Assembly (NCBI RefSeq): GCF_006345805.1
Contig: NC_043005.1
Coordinates: 82,584,001 to 82,648,000, forward strand
Source: Octopus sinensis
Taxonomy: Eukaryota
DNA: 64,000 bases
Direction: 5' to 3'
Under the pieces are notes generated by a model that saw nothing but the letters and a program-made list of their open reading frames with translations, ran no database searches and was not told where the DNA came from. Numbering within the stretch: position 1 is the stretch's first letter; every line of letters starts with the position of its first letter. The position numbers and the translations under genes are program-made. Positions 62,471-64,000 of this stretch are shown here, one piece after another.

Positions 62471-64000
62471 AATGATATTGAAGGCAACTAACCAAGCCAA
62501 TAATAACCATTCTAGCTAAAATAGAAAAAAATATCTTCTTTGATTGAAAAATAAGATTGTGAAGGAATCGTAGTTAGTGATTTTCATTGTACAATTCAGA
62601 GGTCAGTGAACCATGACGTTTTAAACAGGATAACAGAACAGAAACTGGCTTTGGATATCAAATATTATATGTTCTGTCTAAATATTTCATTCGTTGATCG
62701 CGTGACGGCTTCAAGATTGGATGGTATTAATGTGGAAGAACGTTTAATGTACATCCATTAAAATGTACTGAAAATTGATTGAAATTCCATTACCGCATAT
62801 TCACTTCATTTATAATCATCTGTTCCACGTTGGAATTTGGCCTCAGAACATAAATGCACCAAACATTTCCACCATATATTTCAAGAACTGACAGGTGTAG
62901 TTTTTTGTTGTTGATGTGGTTGTTGTTGTTTTCGTTGTTCTTGCTGTTGTTGTTCTTGATCTTGTTGCGTTTAACTCTAAATTGGCCTTGCCTGAACATA
63001 CGATCATATTCCAGACTTAACCACGCTGGAATAAACTTCCAATATATCCTTTCTATTGTAAAGACAGTAGATTTTTGTTGCTATTTCTAGCAGGTAAAGT
63101 AACCACATAAATGATTTTTGTTGGTTTGTATTTAGTTGCTTAATTAAATGCATGAGGTTCCACTTTTATGTGAGAAAGTTCGAGAAGTCATCACTTAGAG
63201 GTTTGTTTTTTTCAATAATGCGTCACCTCCATAGCTTTCTGGTTTGCAGAACTGAAATCGATATTTTAACTTGCTTCTGGTAACAGAAGAATCTTTAACT
63301 ATCTGACTAGATGCTTGAATATGGGGATGGTCTCGTTTATAAAATAGGAAATTAACAAATCCTTTTGATTTTCTGCACTTGGTAGCCTTCTTGAAAGACG
63401 TAAATCAATATCAGGTTTCTTTTGCTTCGCTTTTGATGTGAAAATCAGTAAAATTCCTTCCTCAAATCACACGTCATGTATATTGTAATGACATTAAAAT
63501 CCACGGCTCATGGCTACAAAAAGCCAATAAGTTATCTGCTCAGACATTTCACTTCACATAAAAGTCATTAAATTTTACTTTTCAGATCTCTATATTTGAG
63601 GATTCATACGTTTCGTAATGTTAATCAAACTTAAACCAAATGACTGCAATATCTCTCTTTCAAAGAGAACACATTTATTATTAGTCTGGAATACAATGCA
63701 TTAATGATGTTTCTATAAAACGAAAATGGACGATGAAATGTCTGGAGATTTGCATTGAATTTTTATACATTTTTCATCGCATCCATTTACGAATCCGTTT
63801 TCTACGAGCGCGAATCCTGAGAAGGTCGAGTGAGTAGATTCCTTAGTGTCCTCCATAAAGCTCCTATCAGGAATAACCGTCATTAAAATTTCCAGCTGGA
63901 TTCCCAGATGTGAGCAACTGAGACTATGGATCTTATCCCACTATCTCGATCTTCACCCACAAGCTGGTCTCCAGTTGATAGGCTCAGTTTCACGATATCC

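Overview
Very AT-rich, repeat-saturated animal genomic DNA, most likely octopus (inferred from the tRNA-derived SINE families and the density of (TA)n, (CA)n, (TATG)n, (GATA)n and (TTA)n microsatellites). No host protein-coding gene is confidently present. Almost all ORFs in the track are microsatellite or antisense artefacts. Recognisable mobile elements: a 2.7-kb RTE/BovB-type LINE (8313-11042, minus); a Penelope-like element (PLE) with RT plus GIY-YIG (45313-48043, plus); a second PLE endonuclease relic; an R4/Dong-type RLE LINE in a (TAA)n tract (54556-56681, minus); an RTE with a 5' inversion (58868-59545); four mariner relics; a probable Chapaev-3/CMC transposase relic; a Helitron-type 3' end; and many SINEs. 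The most notable hidden layer is a set of minimal type-I hammerhead ribozyme motifs with palindromic helix III, in short (TA)n-flanked cassettes of at least five sequence types. Two have a fully intact catalytic core (28964-29007 and 39934-40018, both minus), and one near-intact copy sits at the 3' end of the coding PLE. Also notable: a double fold-back at 14882-16187 whose junction looks like a re-integrated DNA circle, a (TAA)n-targeted non-coding retroposon, an about 80-bp RTE target-site duplication, and several fold-back hairpins next to (TA)n tracts. All calls are by eye, without database searches or folding software. Homopolymer indels suggest some lesions may be assembly errors.
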